Part shown: piece after piece, positions 50,975-61,739 of the stretch
Layout: each line of letters opens with the position of its first letter
How positions within the stretch are numbered: position 1 is the stretch's first letter
NCBI GenBank assembly: GCA_029838215.1
Contig: JALGVI010000011.1
Location: 26,705 to 90,704, forward strand
Source: Candidatus Helarchaeota archaeon
Lineage (GTDB): Archaea; Asgardarchaeota; Lokiarchaeia; Helarchaeales; RDOG01
Direction: 5' to 3'
DNA: 64,000 bases
The notes under the pieces: generated by a model
What the model was told of the DNA's origin: nothing
What the model saw: only the letters and a program-made list of their open reading frames with translations
Database searches by the model: none
Translations under genes and position numbers: made by a program

Positions 50975-51997
50975 ATGGACGTAAAAAAACACCCTTATAA
51001 CATTCGATACATCCCGAGAGCACAGGATCTACTTGATTGGTCGTTTCGCCACGCTTCTAAATTAAAAAAGAAGACGTTTAAGAAGGAAACTCCATTCTAC
51101 GTGAAAGCACGAATCCGTGAATTAGCTCGAATTAAATCCGTGTCGCAATACCTCGTGAATAAATTGACAAAGATCGTGAAATCGTATCCATCCATTGATA
51201 ATTTGCATCCATTTTACTCGGAGCTAACACGCGAAGTCATTAACGTGGATGAAACAAAAAAAGCACTGGCAGCAATAACAGGAACGATTCAAGTTATTGA
51301 GAAGATCACGCGGCAGATCAAATCGAAAATTAAGGAATCTGTTGATCCAAACGTTATAGGTAAATATAGAATCAGTTTCTATGGACGTATATCTTCTGTT
51401 ATCCGAAAAATTGATAAACATCTCATTCTGTTGCGAAATTATCGAAAAATTTTGGTAAAGCTCCCATTTATTGATACAGCTCAGTTCTCCGTTGTCGTGG
51501 CAGGCTATCCGAATGTCGGCAAGAGCTCTCTCGTCAGGCTGGTCTCCAGTGCTTCTCCTGAAGTAAGTTATTATCCGTTTACAACCAAAAAAATTGTCGT
51601 CGGTCATTTCGTGCACGCACATCAAAAAATCCAAATCATCGATACGCCGGGAATTCTTGACCGTCCTTTGGCTAAGCGGAACAAGATCGAATTACAAGCA
51701 ATCACGGCACTGAAATATCTTGCAAATGTCATCTTCTTCATAATAGATCCATCTGAATCTTGCGGATACTCATTGGAAAGTCAGGTCCATCTCTTGAATG
51801 AAATCAAAAACTATTTTCCATCCATTCCATTAGTTCTCTTCTTAAATAAAATTGATATAACGGCTCCCGAGCAGCTTGGTAACGCAGAAAAAGCCCTATC
51901 GGCAGAAACCTTCCAAAAAATCGTGCTTACAAGTGAAGAAAACGCACCAGAACTCATTAACATCATTATTGAACACATGAAAAATGGAACGCGTTAA
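50975..51997 (+). CDS. nog1: NOG1 family GTPase
   Basis: NOG1 helical domain (LHPFYSEL), GYPNVGKSS, YPFTTK, DTPGILDRP, NKID. Confidence 0.93.
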   Translation: MDVKKHPYNIRYIPRAQDLLDWSFRHASKLKKKTFKKETPFYVKARIRELARIKSVSQYLVNKLTKIVKSYPSIDNLHPFYSELTREVINVDETKKALAAITGTIQVIEKITRQIKSKIKESVDPNVIGKYRISFYGRISSVIRKIDKHLILLRNYRKILVKLPFIDTAQFSVVVAGYPNVGKSSLVRLVSSASPEVSYYPFTTKKIVVGHFVHAHQKIQIIDTPGILDRPLAKRNKIELQAITALKYLANVIFFIIDPSESCGYSLESQVHLLNEIKNYFPSIPLVLFLNKIDITAPEQLGNAEKALSAETFQKIVLTSEENAPELINIIIEHMKNGTR

Positions 51998-52059
51998 AAA
52001 GCAAACGATATTTTTGAAAATCTTAAAGAAAAGAGAAAAAATTGGAAAATAGATTCACT

Positions 52060-52674
52060 CTATTCTTCTTTCTCATCAAACATTTTCTTGAATTGTTTAC
52101 CATTTCCCACGTAGAACTGAATTCCAGCCCCGATCTTTCTTGCATCACGTTTTTTAAGCTCCTTCACGCGCTCGCCTAAGACATTTCCTGCATACAAACC
52201 CATTGTTTCGAGCTTCCCGCGAGCTACAGCACCTGCCGCAACGATGATATTATCCTCGATTTCGTGATTTTGAAGGACAGTCGCAGAAATTCCGATCATT
52301 ACATTATTTCCGATAGAACCGGGACCGTGCACCATCGCGCAATGCCCCATTAGAACATCATCACCAATTATAAGACGACTTCCGGGCTCTGTATGGATGA
52401 CCACGTTCTCTTGTATGGAGCAATTCTTGCCTATTTTTATGGTTCCCGCTTCAGCACGAATTACGGCGTTAAACCATACATTCGTGCCTTCATCAATTTC
52501 CACATCGCCGATTATGGTGGCATTAGGTGCCACGAACACGGATGGATGAATCTTGGGTTCCTTACCCGTAAATGGACTTTTTACTATCATGTTCTCATTT
52601 CCTAAATGATCTTGCAATTGAAAATTCGAAAATCTCGTAAATGAATTTAATAATTTAGTTTTAAAATTTTTCAA
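52060..52674 (-). CDS. Gamma carbonic anhydrase family protein
   Basis: Hexapeptide repeats, NVWFNAVIR, SIQENVVIH, GHCAMVHG (Zn ligands). Confidence 0.88.
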   Translation of the reverse strand: MKNFKTKLLNSFTRFSNFQLQDHLGNENMIVKSPFTGKEPKIHPSVFVAPNATIIGDVEIDEGTNVWFNAVIRAEAGTIKIGKNCSIQENVVIHTEPGSRLIIGDDVLMGHCAMVHGPGSIGNNVMIGISATVLQNHEIEDNIIVAAGAVARGKLETMGLYAGNVLGERVKELKKRDARKIGAGIQFYVGNGKQFKKMFDEKEE

Positions 52675-52690
52675 AATCGTTTCTGATAAG

Positions 52691-53011
52691 TCAAGCGATC
52701 GTTATCTCGATAATTTCAGCATTTCGTAGGTGAATGAAAATCTGTTTTGAAGATTCATCAATTTGAACGGATCTAACCTGAGAAAATGGAATATTTAGCG
52801 AATAATTCGTACGTCCATCTTCATTAAGGAATTTCATCCGTAATAACTTGCCCGATTCACGCTTCAAAACACGCATCCAAGTAAAACCTCGTGCGAGATT
52901 ATGGTAAGTCACCTGAACTTCCGTAGACAATCTCAACATGATTTGCTTGATTCGGACATTCTCCCCATTTAAATACCGATAAGCATCCTGCAAATTCGTA
53001 AATTTATTCAC
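52691..53011 (-). CDS. Hypothetical protein
   Basis: 106-aa beta-rich ORF upstream of the gamma-CA gene, same strand. Confidence 0.6.
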   Translation of the reverse strand: MNKFTNLQDAYRYLNGENVRIKQIMLRLSTEVQVTYHNLARGFTWMRVLKRESGKLLRMKFLNEDGRTNYSLNIPFSQVRSVQIDESSKQIFIHLRNAEIIEITIA

Positions 53012-53497
53012 CTCAATTATTAATTTCTCATTATGAGTTTATAAAATAAATGAAACAAATTCGTGACACAAAAAAAACGGAAAAACACGTTCGTTCACCA
53101 AAGAACTGATTTAAGCCATTCAAATACAAGCAGATTCAACTCGGAGAGACAAGAGGCGGTGGAATGAAAAAGAAAAAAAAATCACGCCGACAAAAAAATA
53201 TTAATGGTTTTATTATTCCTGTGAAATCAGTCATCTCGCTCGAAAAAAGGACTTGAAATCACTTCCGTGATGACCGCCCGCGGTGCCTGCCGTCTAAAAT
53301 GCATGTAAAAGTGGAAATATCGCAAGCAAATAAATAAAGCAAAACATTCTTATTGTTTTTTTCTATTGACGTTTTATCAGTTTATTTGGGTTTGACCATT
53401 TTGATGGCATTAGAGAGAATAATTAATCGAAGATGTCATGCTGTTGATTTTTTTTTAGTTTCAAATCCAGAGAATAATATCAAAAATTAGTTTTAGA

Positions 53498-54943
53498 GTG
53501 GATTCCATGGTAGGTATCAGTAATTATGGGATTTACATTCCCAAATATGTCTTGGAAAGAAAGGCTATTTCTGCCGCGTGGGATTTTCCAAAAGCCCCGG
53601 GTACGAAAAGCGTGGCAAATTACGATGAGGACAGCATCACCATGGCAGTAGCTGCTGGATTTAGTGCGATAGAAGGTATCGATCCCAAATCGATCGATGG
53701 TTTATATTTTGCGAGCACGACAGCACCTTTTGCAGAACAACAGAATGCTTCCTTTATTGCAACGGTTTTAGACCTTCCTGAAAAGATTCAGACCGCAGAT
53801 TTCACTAGCACGACGAAATGTGGAACCTCGGCACTCCGAGAAGCATATAACAGCATTAAATCTGGAAACGCTAAAAATATCCTCGTAGTATGCGCGGATA
53901 AAAGAGATCCTGAACCTCAAACGATGTACGAATTCGCTTATGGCGATGGTGCAGGTGCAGTATTGGTTACTGCAGACAATGGAATTGCTTCCATTGAAGG
54001 ATACATCTCAAATACTAAATATACAGTCGGACCTTGGCGACGGGCATTTGACCCCTATATCCAATCAATGGAGGTCAAGCACGAACTCAAGTATGGTTAC
54101 ATGCCTGCCTTAATTGGTTCTTTGAAGGAGCTCATGCAGAAGTATGAGATTAATCCTGATGAAGTGAATAAGGCGGTATATTACTCTCCCGACCCACGAT
54201 CTCATGGACGAGTTGCAAAGGCATTGAAATTACCATCTAAAGCAATGGTTGATTCCATGTTCTTGCAAATATCGAATACAGGATCACCATTGGTCTTCCA
54301 GATGCTCTACATGGCATTTGAAAAGAGTGGACCTAATGCAAACATTCTACTTGCAGGATATGGCGATGGTGCGGATGCATTTTGGTTAAAAACGACTGAT
54401 AAAATCAGAGACGTCGTTGGAACAAAGCTGAAATCACGGAAAATCTTCAAGAAACTTGAACCACTCCCGACATATACGCAATATCTGAAAAACCGACTTG
54501 TCCTTAAGGGTAAGAATTTTTTCACGAGAAAATCTTCTCCCGTGACCGTTTGGCGGGATACCAAATCATTATTCCAATGGTACGGCATAAAATGCAAGAA
54601 GTGCGGTGTTGTTTCTTACCCCGTTCAAACTGGGTGTATAGAATGCGGATCAAGTGACTTCGATGTTATCAAATTACAGAAAAAAGGAAAGATCTTTACA
54701 TTCACGCTTGACCATTTGGTTGGCGGCGAATATTTAAACACGCCTGTTCCACGCTGCGTCATTGATTTAGAAAATGGCGGTCGAGTCTTGGCAGACATGA
54801 CAGACGGACATCCAAAAGACGCGGAAATTGGTCTGGAAGTCGAAATGACGTTCCGAAAGGTCAATGAAGGAGGAGGCAAGCATAATTATTATTGGAAATG
54901 TCGCCCATTAGCGGGCAAAAAGAAAAAGGAGGCTGCAGAATAA
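53498..54943 (+). CDS. HMG-CoA-synthase-like domain fused to DUF35 (Zn ribbon and OB fold)
   Basis: YDEDSITMAV, GDGAGA; C-terminal CKKCG...CIEC and VEMTFRK. Catalytic residues appear substituted. Confidence 0.9.
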   Translation: MDSMVGISNYGIYIPKYVLERKAISAAWDFPKAPGTKSVANYDEDSITMAVAAGFSAIEGIDPKSIDGLYFASTTAPFAEQQNASFIATVLDLPEKIQTADFTSTTKCGTSALREAYNSIKSGNAKNILVVCADKRDPEPQTMYEFAYGDGAGAVLVTADNGIASIEGYISNTKYTVGPWRRAFDPYIQSMEVKHELKYGYMPALIGSLKELMQKYEINPDEVNKAVYYSPDPRSHGRVAKALKLPSKAMVDSMFLQISNTGSPLVFQMLYMAFEKSGPNANILLAGYGDGADAFWLKTTDKIRDVVGTKLKSRKIFKKLEPLPTYTQYLKNRLVLKGKNFFTRKSSPVTVWRDTKSLFQWYGIKCKKCGVVSYPVQTGCIECGSSDFDVIKLQKKGKIFTFTLDHLVGGEYLNTPVPRCVIDLENGGRVLADMTDGHPKDAEIGLEVEMTFRKVNEGGGKHNYYWKCRPLAGKKKKEAAE

Positions 54944-56134
54944 ATGGGACACATACGTGGTGGAGGAATTCGAGATAAAGTAGCCATCATCGGTGTTGGC
55001 GCAACAAAATTTGGAGAAAATTGGGATTGGGATCAATATACCATGCTTCACATGGCAGCTGAAGAAGCATTTGCCGATGCAGGTATTAAGGATCCTCAAG
55101 AAGAAATTGATGCCATCTGGTGTGGTATCCAGTATTACTTCACCGGTCTATCTGGTGGAACTGCTGCAGATAGCCTTCGGCTTTATGGCAAGCCCGTGAC
55201 GCGGGTTGAGAACTATTGTGCATCAGGAATGGACTCCTTCCGAAATGCCTGTTATGGCGTGGCTTCGGGAGTAGCTGACATCGCCCTTGCTACAGGCGTG
55301 GAAAAACTATTGGATGAAGGATCTGCGGGGCTTCCAGGCTTTCGAGAATTTGGTCATCCGACACTTCCATTGCCTAGTGCTCCTGCAATGTTTTCCATGG
55401 CTGCGACAAGATGTTTTCATGAATACGGATGGACTAAAGAGGATTTAGCACGTGTGGCAGTAAAAAATCATAAGAATGGTGCCAAGCATCCTAAAGCGCA
55501 TTTTAGACGACCCATTACACTTGAAGATGCAATGAATGCACCAATGATTGCCGATCCTCTTGGTAGATTCGATTGTTGTGCCATGTCAGACGGTGCGGCG
55601 GCAATCGTGATCACGACACCAGAAATCGCAGAAAGTTTCGCCCACGCCAGCGATTACGTGTTAGTTAAAGCAAATGCCGTTTCGGTTCATACTAACTCGC
55701 CTTGGTATGTTCCTTCGTATCCCTTCACGGGCTTCCCTTCGACTCAACAAGCTGCGAAAGCTGCATATAAAGAAGCCGGCATTACCGACCCAAAGAAAGA
55801 AATTGATTGTTGTGAAGTTCATGACTGCTTCACGATCACAGAATTGGTAAATTGTGAAGATCTTGGGTTCGTGCCTCGCGGAACCGCTGCTCAATGGTAT
55901 AAGGATGGTGGGCCTGAGGTCGATGGTGACGTGTCGGTTAATACAAGTGGTGGCTTGAAGTGCTTCGGGCATCCAATTGGTGCAACGGGTTGCCGGATGA
56001 TCTATGAAGTTTCTCGCCAAGTTCAGGGTCGTGCTGAAGGAATGCAACGCAAAGATGCAAAAATCGGGTTATGTCATAACCTCGGTGGCGCATTTACGGT
56101 AGCCGCAGTCACGATTTTGGGACAACGAGATTAA
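54944..56134 (+). CDS. Thiolase, SCP2/archaeal type
   Basis: VENYCASG (Cys nucleophile), CEVHDCF, GHPIGATG. Confidence 0.95.
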   Translation: MGHIRGGGIRDKVAIIGVGATKFGENWDWDQYTMLHMAAEEAFADAGIKDPQEEIDAIWCGIQYYFTGLSGGTAADSLRLYGKPVTRVENYCASGMDSFRNACYGVASGVADIALATGVEKLLDEGSAGLPGFREFGHPTLPLPSAPAMFSMAATRCFHEYGWTKEDLARVAVKNHKNGAKHPKAHFRRPITLEDAMNAPMIADPLGRFDCCAMSDGAAAIVITTPEIAESFAHASDYVLVKANAVSVHTNSPWYVPSYPFTGFPSTQQAAKAAYKEAGITDPKKEIDCCEVHDCFTITELVNCEDLGFVPRGTAAQWYKDGGPEVDGDVSVNTSGGLKCFGHPIGATGCRMIYEVSRQVQGRAEGMQRKDAKIGLCHNLGGAFTVAAVTILGQRD

Positions 56135-56186
56135 AATCCCCAATCTTTTTTTTTAATTTTTTTACAAGACATGACGATTTAAACGA

Positions 56187-56384
56187 TTACATGCCCGTAT
56201 AATCTTCCAATATTTCTCCAATTGATTTTAGAACATCATCTTCAGACATGATATATACGGATTTTTCTTGAAGCTTAGGGCCAGTGAGATCCGATGGAAT
56301 GCCCAACAATTCAATTTCAGCATATGATGCCCTATTTCTTTCATTTAAATATTGATATTTATCTTGATACCTACTTTTTTGCAA
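56187..56384 (-). CDS. Small hypothetical protein
   Basis: TTG start preceded by GGAGGT; 65 aa. Confidence 0.55.
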   Translation of the reverse strand: MQKSRYQDKYQYLNERNRASYAEIELLGIPSDLTGPKLQEKSVYIMSEDDVLKSIGEILEDYTGM

Positions 56385-56723
56385 GATATAACCTCCTACC
56401 CAGAAATAAAAACGTTTTTTAATTCAATATAAGCTGGTTTATAATATCCTCGATCAGCTATAAAAATATGTTGAATTCATCAGGTAAATGTTGCAAGCAT
56501 GTATTGCAAATTTGCAGTGAATCGCCGTGCACTAGATTTTTCTTTCGAGTCGTCAGTTATCGCTCTAAATTTAATTTAAAGTTAGTAACAATTGAAAGAA
56601 GTGGAATTTTCAAGATGGAATTCGTTCATTTTGAAACAGAAATATTAAATATCGTTGATGAACGATCTATTTCCTCCTCTCAAGTTGTTTCATGAAAGAC
56701 ATGTCATTTCGGTGAAATGAGTC

Positions 56724-58229
56724 ATGGTAAGAAAAAAAGCCTGGAGTGGTCGATTCCAAAAAGACCTTCAAGATGATGTTGAGCAGTATCTTTGCCAAGA
56801 GGATTTGATATTTGATGAAAGGCTCATCAAGTATAGCATTCTGGGTACGGAAGCTCATGACATAATGCTTTATGAAATCGGTGCTATAAAAAAACAGCAT
56901 TTGAAAGCAATTCTTAAGGAATTAGAAGTATTAAAAGAGATTACAACGCAAGGAAAGTTCCATTTGGACTTGAAACATGAAGACGTGCAAATGAACATTG
57001 AGCAATTTGTGACCGATCAAATTGGACGAGAAATTGCTGGAATGATCCATTTGGCTCGGAGTAGAAATGACCAAGTTTTAGTGGATCTACGGTTGTATCT
57101 GCGGGAGGAACTCATTCAATTGATAGACATCGTTATCGAAACCTGTGCAACGTTCCTGCATAAGGCGGAAGAAACTTTAAACATTGTCATGCCTGGTTAT
57201 ACACACCTTCAACATGCACAACCTATTACTTTCGGATTTTGGTGTGTTAGCAACGCAGATGGTCTGATGCGAGTTCTGGATCGACTAGATGAAGTCTATA
57301 AACGGGTAAACCAAAACCCGCTTGGTGCAGGAGCACTTGCAGGAGTTAGTTGGCCGATAGATCGACAATTGACGACAAAGCTCTTGGGATTCGATGGAAT
57401 TCAGGAAAACGCGCTTGATGTTGTTTCATCAAGGGGAGAAATTTCTGCAGAAATCGTCTTCGTGCTGACACTCCTAATGAATCACCTGAGCAAAATTGCC
57501 AATGATTTGATCCTCTGGAGCACGCATGAATTTGGAATGATAACGTTTGACGATAGCTATGCAACGGGAAGCTCAATCATGCCTCAGAAGAAAAACCCCG
57601 ATGTCTGTGAGATCATGCGTGCTAAAGCAAGTAAAGTGGGTGGATGGTTATACCAAATCATCAATGTCTTGAAGGGAATGCCCATGGGTTATAATAGGGA
57701 TTTTCAAGAGACAAAGGGTCCCACCATGTTGGCCCTAGACGTGGCGAAAGATTCTACTAAAATCTTGCAGGGTGTCATAAAAACGATTTCAATTAATGAA
57801 AAGAGAATGCTAGAGTTAGCGGGTGCCAATTTCACAACGGCAACAGACTTAATTGACCTTCTGATGAAGAAAACAGGAGTTTCATTCAGAACTTCTCACG
57901 AAATGGTAGGGAAAATCGTCAATGAATGCGTTAAACAGAATATAACACCGAGCAAACTGACTTTCAGCGTTATTAAGCCCATCTTGGAGAAAAAAGGTAA
58001 GCTAAACATAATAATTGATGATAAAGAAATACAAGAGATACTCGATCCACGGGAAGCCATTAAGAAAAAGGCACATGTCGGTGGCACTGCACCTCAAGAA
58101 GTAAAACGAATGATTTCCGAGAGGAAAAATAAAATTCTTGAATTCAAAGAAAGAAATTTATCTAAGAAAGATAAAATTAATTTTTCTCTGAACGAGCTAC
58201 AAAAATTGGTTAATGAACATATGAAATGA
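56724..58229 (+). CDS. argH: Argininosuccinate lyase
   Basis: HEDVQ, RSRNDQ, PGYTHLQHAQP, GSSIMPQKKNPD, YNRDFQE. Confidence 0.97.
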   Translation: MVRKKAWSGRFQKDLQDDVEQYLCQEDLIFDERLIKYSILGTEAHDIMLYEIGAIKKQHLKAILKELEVLKEITTQGKFHLDLKHEDVQMNIEQFVTDQIGREIAGMIHLARSRNDQVLVDLRLYLREELIQLIDIVIETCATFLHKAEETLNIVMPGYTHLQHAQPITFGFWCVSNADGLMRVLDRLDEVYKRVNQNPLGAGALAGVSWPIDRQLTTKLLGFDGIQENALDVVSSRGEISAEIVFVLTLLMNHLSKIANDLILWSTHEFGMITFDDSYATGSSIMPQKKNPDVCEIMRAKASKVGGWLYQIINVLKGMPMGYNRDFQETKGPTMLALDVAKDSTKILQGVIKTISINEKRMLELAGANFTTATDLIDLLMKKTGVSFRTSHEMVGKIVNECVKQNITPSKLTFSVIKPILEKKGKLNIIIDDKEIQEILDPREAIKKKAHVGGTAPQEVKRMISERKNKILEFKERNLSKKDKINFSLNELQKLVNEHMK

Positions 58230-58243
58230 ACGGTGATGAAATA

Positions 58244-58414
58244 ATGAAAGCAACGTGTCCAGATTGCTTCTACGAATTCGAATTGAGCGAGGACGTGATG
58301 AAGGGAGAAGTCATCACTTGTGATGATTGTGGTGCACAATTAGAAGTCGTGGAAATTGAACCTGAAATAAAGCTCCAAGTTGCCGAGGTTGAAGAAGAAG
58401 ACTGGGGCGAATAA
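58244..58414 (+). CDS. lysW: Amino-group carrier protein LysW
   Basis: CPDC...CDDC zinc ribbon and C-terminal EEEDWGE. Confidence 0.97.
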   Translation: MKATCPDCFYEFELSEDVMKGEVITCDDCGAQLEVVEIEPEIKLQVAEVEEEDWGE

Positions 58415-58441
58415 ACTCAAAATTAACTCCCGTGAACTGGA

Positions 58442-59329
58442 ATGAATCTAGCGATTGTCATTAACAAGGTTAGTTGGGAAGAAAAAGAGATCATTAAAGC
58501 TGCAAGATCTAAAGGAGCAAAAGTTGAAACCATAAATAATCAACGAATCTTCTTTGATCTCGAAAAAAATGACCTCAAAGCAGACATAATACTGCAAAGA
58601 TCGCTAAGTTACTTTAGGGGTCTTTATTCGACTGCGATCCTGGAAAACCAAGGATACACCGTCGTGAATAATACTGAATGCACGCGGATTTGCGGTGATA
58701 AACTTTACACGTCCTTGAAGTTAATTAAGCACGGAATCCCTGTTGTCAAGACATATTGTGCCTTCACGAAGGAAGCGGCATTAGAAGCACTTGAAAAATT
58801 GGGATATCCAGCCATTATAAAACCAATCGTTGGATCTTGGGGGCGGCTTGTTGCACTTTTATCTGATAGAAATGCAGCAATAGCTGTTTTAGAAGATAGG
58901 GAAACTTTAGGTGGAGTATTTCACAAAATTTTCTACCTACAAGAATACGTCAAGAAACCGGCACGGAAAAGACGGGAATTTACGTCTAGAAGATCCGTAG
59001 CAAGAGACATTCGCGTTATCGTTATAGGGGGACAAGTTATTGAAGCAATGTATCGGTATGATACCGGTGATGATTGGAGAAGTTCGGCAACAAAAGGTGC
59101 AAAGACGGATACTTGCCGAATCACGCCTGAAATCGAGGAACTTGCTCTAAAAGCGGCTAATGCAGTCGACGGGGAAATTCTTGGGATCGACTTGATGGAA
59201 GATTCTGAAGAGAACTTGCTAGTTCAGGAAATAAACCACACTTCAGGATTTCGCATGCTCTCGCTTACGACAGGACGGGACATTGCGGGTGCTATTGTAG
59301 ATTACTTGAAGGAAAGATGCAAGAAATAA
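58442..59329 (+). CDS. lysX: LysW ligase of the RimK family (LysX/ArgX)
   Basis: GDKLYT, KPIVGSWGR, YLQEYV, DWRS, GIDLME, QEINH. Confidence 0.92.
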   Translation: MNLAIVINKVSWEEKEIIKAARSKGAKVETINNQRIFFDLEKNDLKADIILQRSLSYFRGLYSTAILENQGYTVVNNTECTRICGDKLYTSLKLIKHGIPVVKTYCAFTKEAALEALEKLGYPAIIKPIVGSWGRLVALLSDRNAAIAVLEDRETLGGVFHKIFYLQEYVKKPARKRREFTSRRSVARDIRVIVIGGQVIEAMYRYDTGDDWRSSATKGAKTDTCRITPEIEELALKAANAVDGEILGIDLMEDSEENLLVQEINHTSGFRMLSLTTGRDIAGAIVDYLKERCKK

Positions 59330-59428
59330 TGATTCCGTGTTTCATTTCTCGGATTCTTTTGCATTTTTTCGAAATCTAAATAAACTTTTTCGAGATTACT
59401 TGATTTGAAAAATACTGGTGGAAGCTCG

Positions 59429-60253
59429 ATGAGTATTATTGCAATTAAAATGGGTGGAAAGTTGTTAGCAGCGGAAAAAGATCTTACTCGAGTCATCAAT
59501 GATATCGAAGAGTTGGCAAAAAAAAATCAGATCGTGTTATGTCATGGTGGAGGTCCCCAAATAAATGAAATGCTCAACAGGCTTAACAAGGAGATAATGA
59601 TTGTTAAATCTCCATCGGGAATGCATAGCCGATTTACGGATAAAGAAACTGTTGACGTGGCAACTATGGTGATGGCAGGGCTATTGAATAAAACTCTGGT
59701 TGCAACCCTCCAGAAAAGAGGATTAAACGCTGTTGGACTTTCAGGTGTGGATGGCGCGATCATTAAAGCGAAAAAGAAAGACAAGATATTGACGGTAGAT
59801 GAAAAGACCGGAAAAAAAAGATTTCTGTACGGCGATTTTAGCGGAAAAATATTTCACGTAAATGAGAAGTTACTCAAAATCCTGTTAAATAATGGTTTCA
59901 TTCCTGTAGTCTCGGCGATAGCGGAAAGTGAAGAACACGAACTCTTAAACGTGGATGGAGATAGAACCGCCTTGCACGTGGCTGCTGCCTTGAACGCAGA
60001 TAAGCTGATCCTTCTAACAGATGTAGAGGGTGTTATCATGGATAACAAAGTAGTGAAAACGATCGGAAAGGATGATATATTTTCATTCATGGAGAAAGTT
60101 CAAGGAGGAATGAGAAAAAAACTGTTTGCTTCAAAAGAAGCTCTTGATGTTGGACTGAAAGAAATCATAATTTGCTCCGGCATTCAAGAAAAGCCCATAT
60201 TAAATGCATTAGATGGAAAAACCGGAACGTCCATCTCATGGAAACATATTTAG
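59429..60253 (+). CDS. lysZ: LysW-aminoadipate/glutamate kinase (LysZ/ArgB)
   Basis: KMGG, HGGG, RFTD, LSGVDG, NVDGDR, LTDVEG, GGMRKK. Confidence 0.92.
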   Translation: MSIIAIKMGGKLLAAEKDLTRVINDIEELAKKNQIVLCHGGGPQINEMLNRLNKEIMIVKSPSGMHSRFTDKETVDVATMVMAGLLNKTLVATLQKRGLNAVGLSGVDGAIIKAKKKDKILTVDEKTGKKRFLYGDFSGKIFHVNEKLLKILLNNGFIPVVSAIAESEEHELLNVDGDRTALHVAAALNADKLILLTDVEGVIMDNKVVKTIGKDDIFSFMEKVQGGMRKKLFASKEALDVGLKEIIICSGIQEKPILNALDGKTGTSISWKHI

Positions 60254-60287
60254 GCATGATTATTTGAAAAATATCGGAGAATCCAAC

Positions 60288-61382
60288 ATGTTGCCCGATC
60301 CAGTAAAATTCCTGAAGGAAATCCTCGAGATTTATTCTCCCTCTGGGAAAGAAGCACCCCTGATAGAATTTCTCAAGTCGAACCTGGAGAAATTGGGATA
60401 TGCTGTAAATATCGATGGGATTGGCAACATCGTCGTGGAAACCGGAAAAGGTTCACCCACGCTATTGTTTTCATCTCACGTTGATACGATACCGGGTGAG
60501 ATTCCAATTGAGGAAAAGGATGGGAAAATCTATGGACGTGGAGCCGTTGATGATAAAGGCACGACGGCAGCAATGATCATGGCGATGGTTCAGAGTGAGA
60601 TTCCTAAAGGAAAACTGATTTATATCGGAGTCATTTCAGAAGAGAATAGCCTGAAGGGAATCGAACATGTCATCAAAGATCATGAGAAATATCAGTTTGA
60701 TGAAGCCATATTTGGAGAGCCAACACTTCATGACAGGGTAACCGTGGCATATAAAGGACGAATTCATCTTCATTTCACGATAAAAAACAAGACTGGAAGG
60801 GGACATGTCGCAGCATCATGGCTTTATACGAATCCCATTGAAGTAATGATGAAATTATGGAACGAAATACAGGAGATCTGTAATGGTTTTAAAGGTAACA
60901 CTCCATTTACTAAGACAATTCCCAACATTACGATGATTTCTTCGGGACATATTTCGAATACCATTCCTGAAACGTGTGATTTTCACGTTGACTTCAGGTT
61001 CCCCCCTGCTGTAAACTCAAATGATATCATTTTAAAAATTGAAAATTTAATTGAAGAAATTGAAAAGCAAAATGATGTCATGATTACTCATGAAGTATTG
61101 AGCCAAATTGATGGTTATGAAGTAAATTCTAACGCTAAAATCTTGCGAATCACAAAAAAAGCCATATATAAAGTAACGGGTAAAAGAGCCACTCCTGTAA
61201 AGAAAACTGGAACCACATTTATGAACAATCTTGGAATCGGAACACGAGTCCCCGTGATTAGTTACGGTCCAGGAGATCCGAGAAAAGAACATACTAACGA
61301 TGAGCATATAAGTATCTCAGACTACCTTAAATCTATTGACGTTTTTAAAAAAATCATTCAGTTATACTTTGAAAATAAATAA
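60288..61382 (+). CDS. lysK: LysW-lysine/ornithine hydrolase, M20 family (LysK/ArgE)
   Basis: SHVDT, GRGAVDDKG, EE, GEP, YGPGD...HT. ATG at 60288 is preferred. Confidence 0.9.
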   Translation: MLPDPVKFLKEILEIYSPSGKEAPLIEFLKSNLEKLGYAVNIDGIGNIVVETGKGSPTLLFSSHVDTIPGEIPIEEKDGKIYGRGAVDDKGTTAAMIMAMVQSEIPKGKLIYIGVISEENSLKGIEHVIKDHEKYQFDEAIFGEPTLHDRVTVAYKGRIHLHFTIKNKTGRGHVAASWLYTNPIEVMMKLWNEIQEICNGFKGNTPFTKTIPNITMISSGHISNTIPETCDFHVDFRFPPAVNSNDIILKIENLIEEIEKQNDVMITHEVLSQIDGYEVNSNAKILRITKKAIYKVTGKRATPVKKTGTTFMNNLGIGTRVPVISYGPGDPRKEHTNDEHISISDYLKSIDVFKKIIQLYFENK

Positions 61383-61693
61383 AATTAAAAAACTACAATC
61401 CATTACTTAACAAAAATTTCTCAAATAAAAAATCTGAACGTTTCAAAAACAAGGCGGATGTTATTTAATGTTTTTTTTACACGTTCACTAAAAATATGCT
61501 TAACCTCTCCTTTATGTCGTGATCTAATAAGAATAAATGAATTTTTAATGAAACAATTTTTTCTTCAAATCTATTTCTAATTACATTTTAGTTGGTTTCA
61601 GAAAAAAGTTTTTAAGGAGACTCGTAGATATTCTCCAAAGGAAATCTCAACAAGAAGTTAAGGTTCCTGTGGACACGCGTTTCCAAGGGATTT
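61383..61693. other. Candidate replication origin: AT-rich stretch plus ORB-like boxes
   Basis: CTCCAAAGGAAAT (61633), GTTCCTGTGGACAC (61663) and TTTCCAAGGGATTT (61680) resemble GTTCCAGTGGAAAC; located just upstream of cdc6. Confidence 0.6.
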
Positions 61694-61739
61694 CTTGAGA
61701 GATATAAAAATTAACATATTGGAAGAAAAAGTGGGGATC

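Noticed and set aside
53101-53300. Possible third hairpin element (GGCGGT...ACCGCC, GAGACAAG)
   Set aside because: Only 6-bp complementarity, and the shared loop motif is absent.
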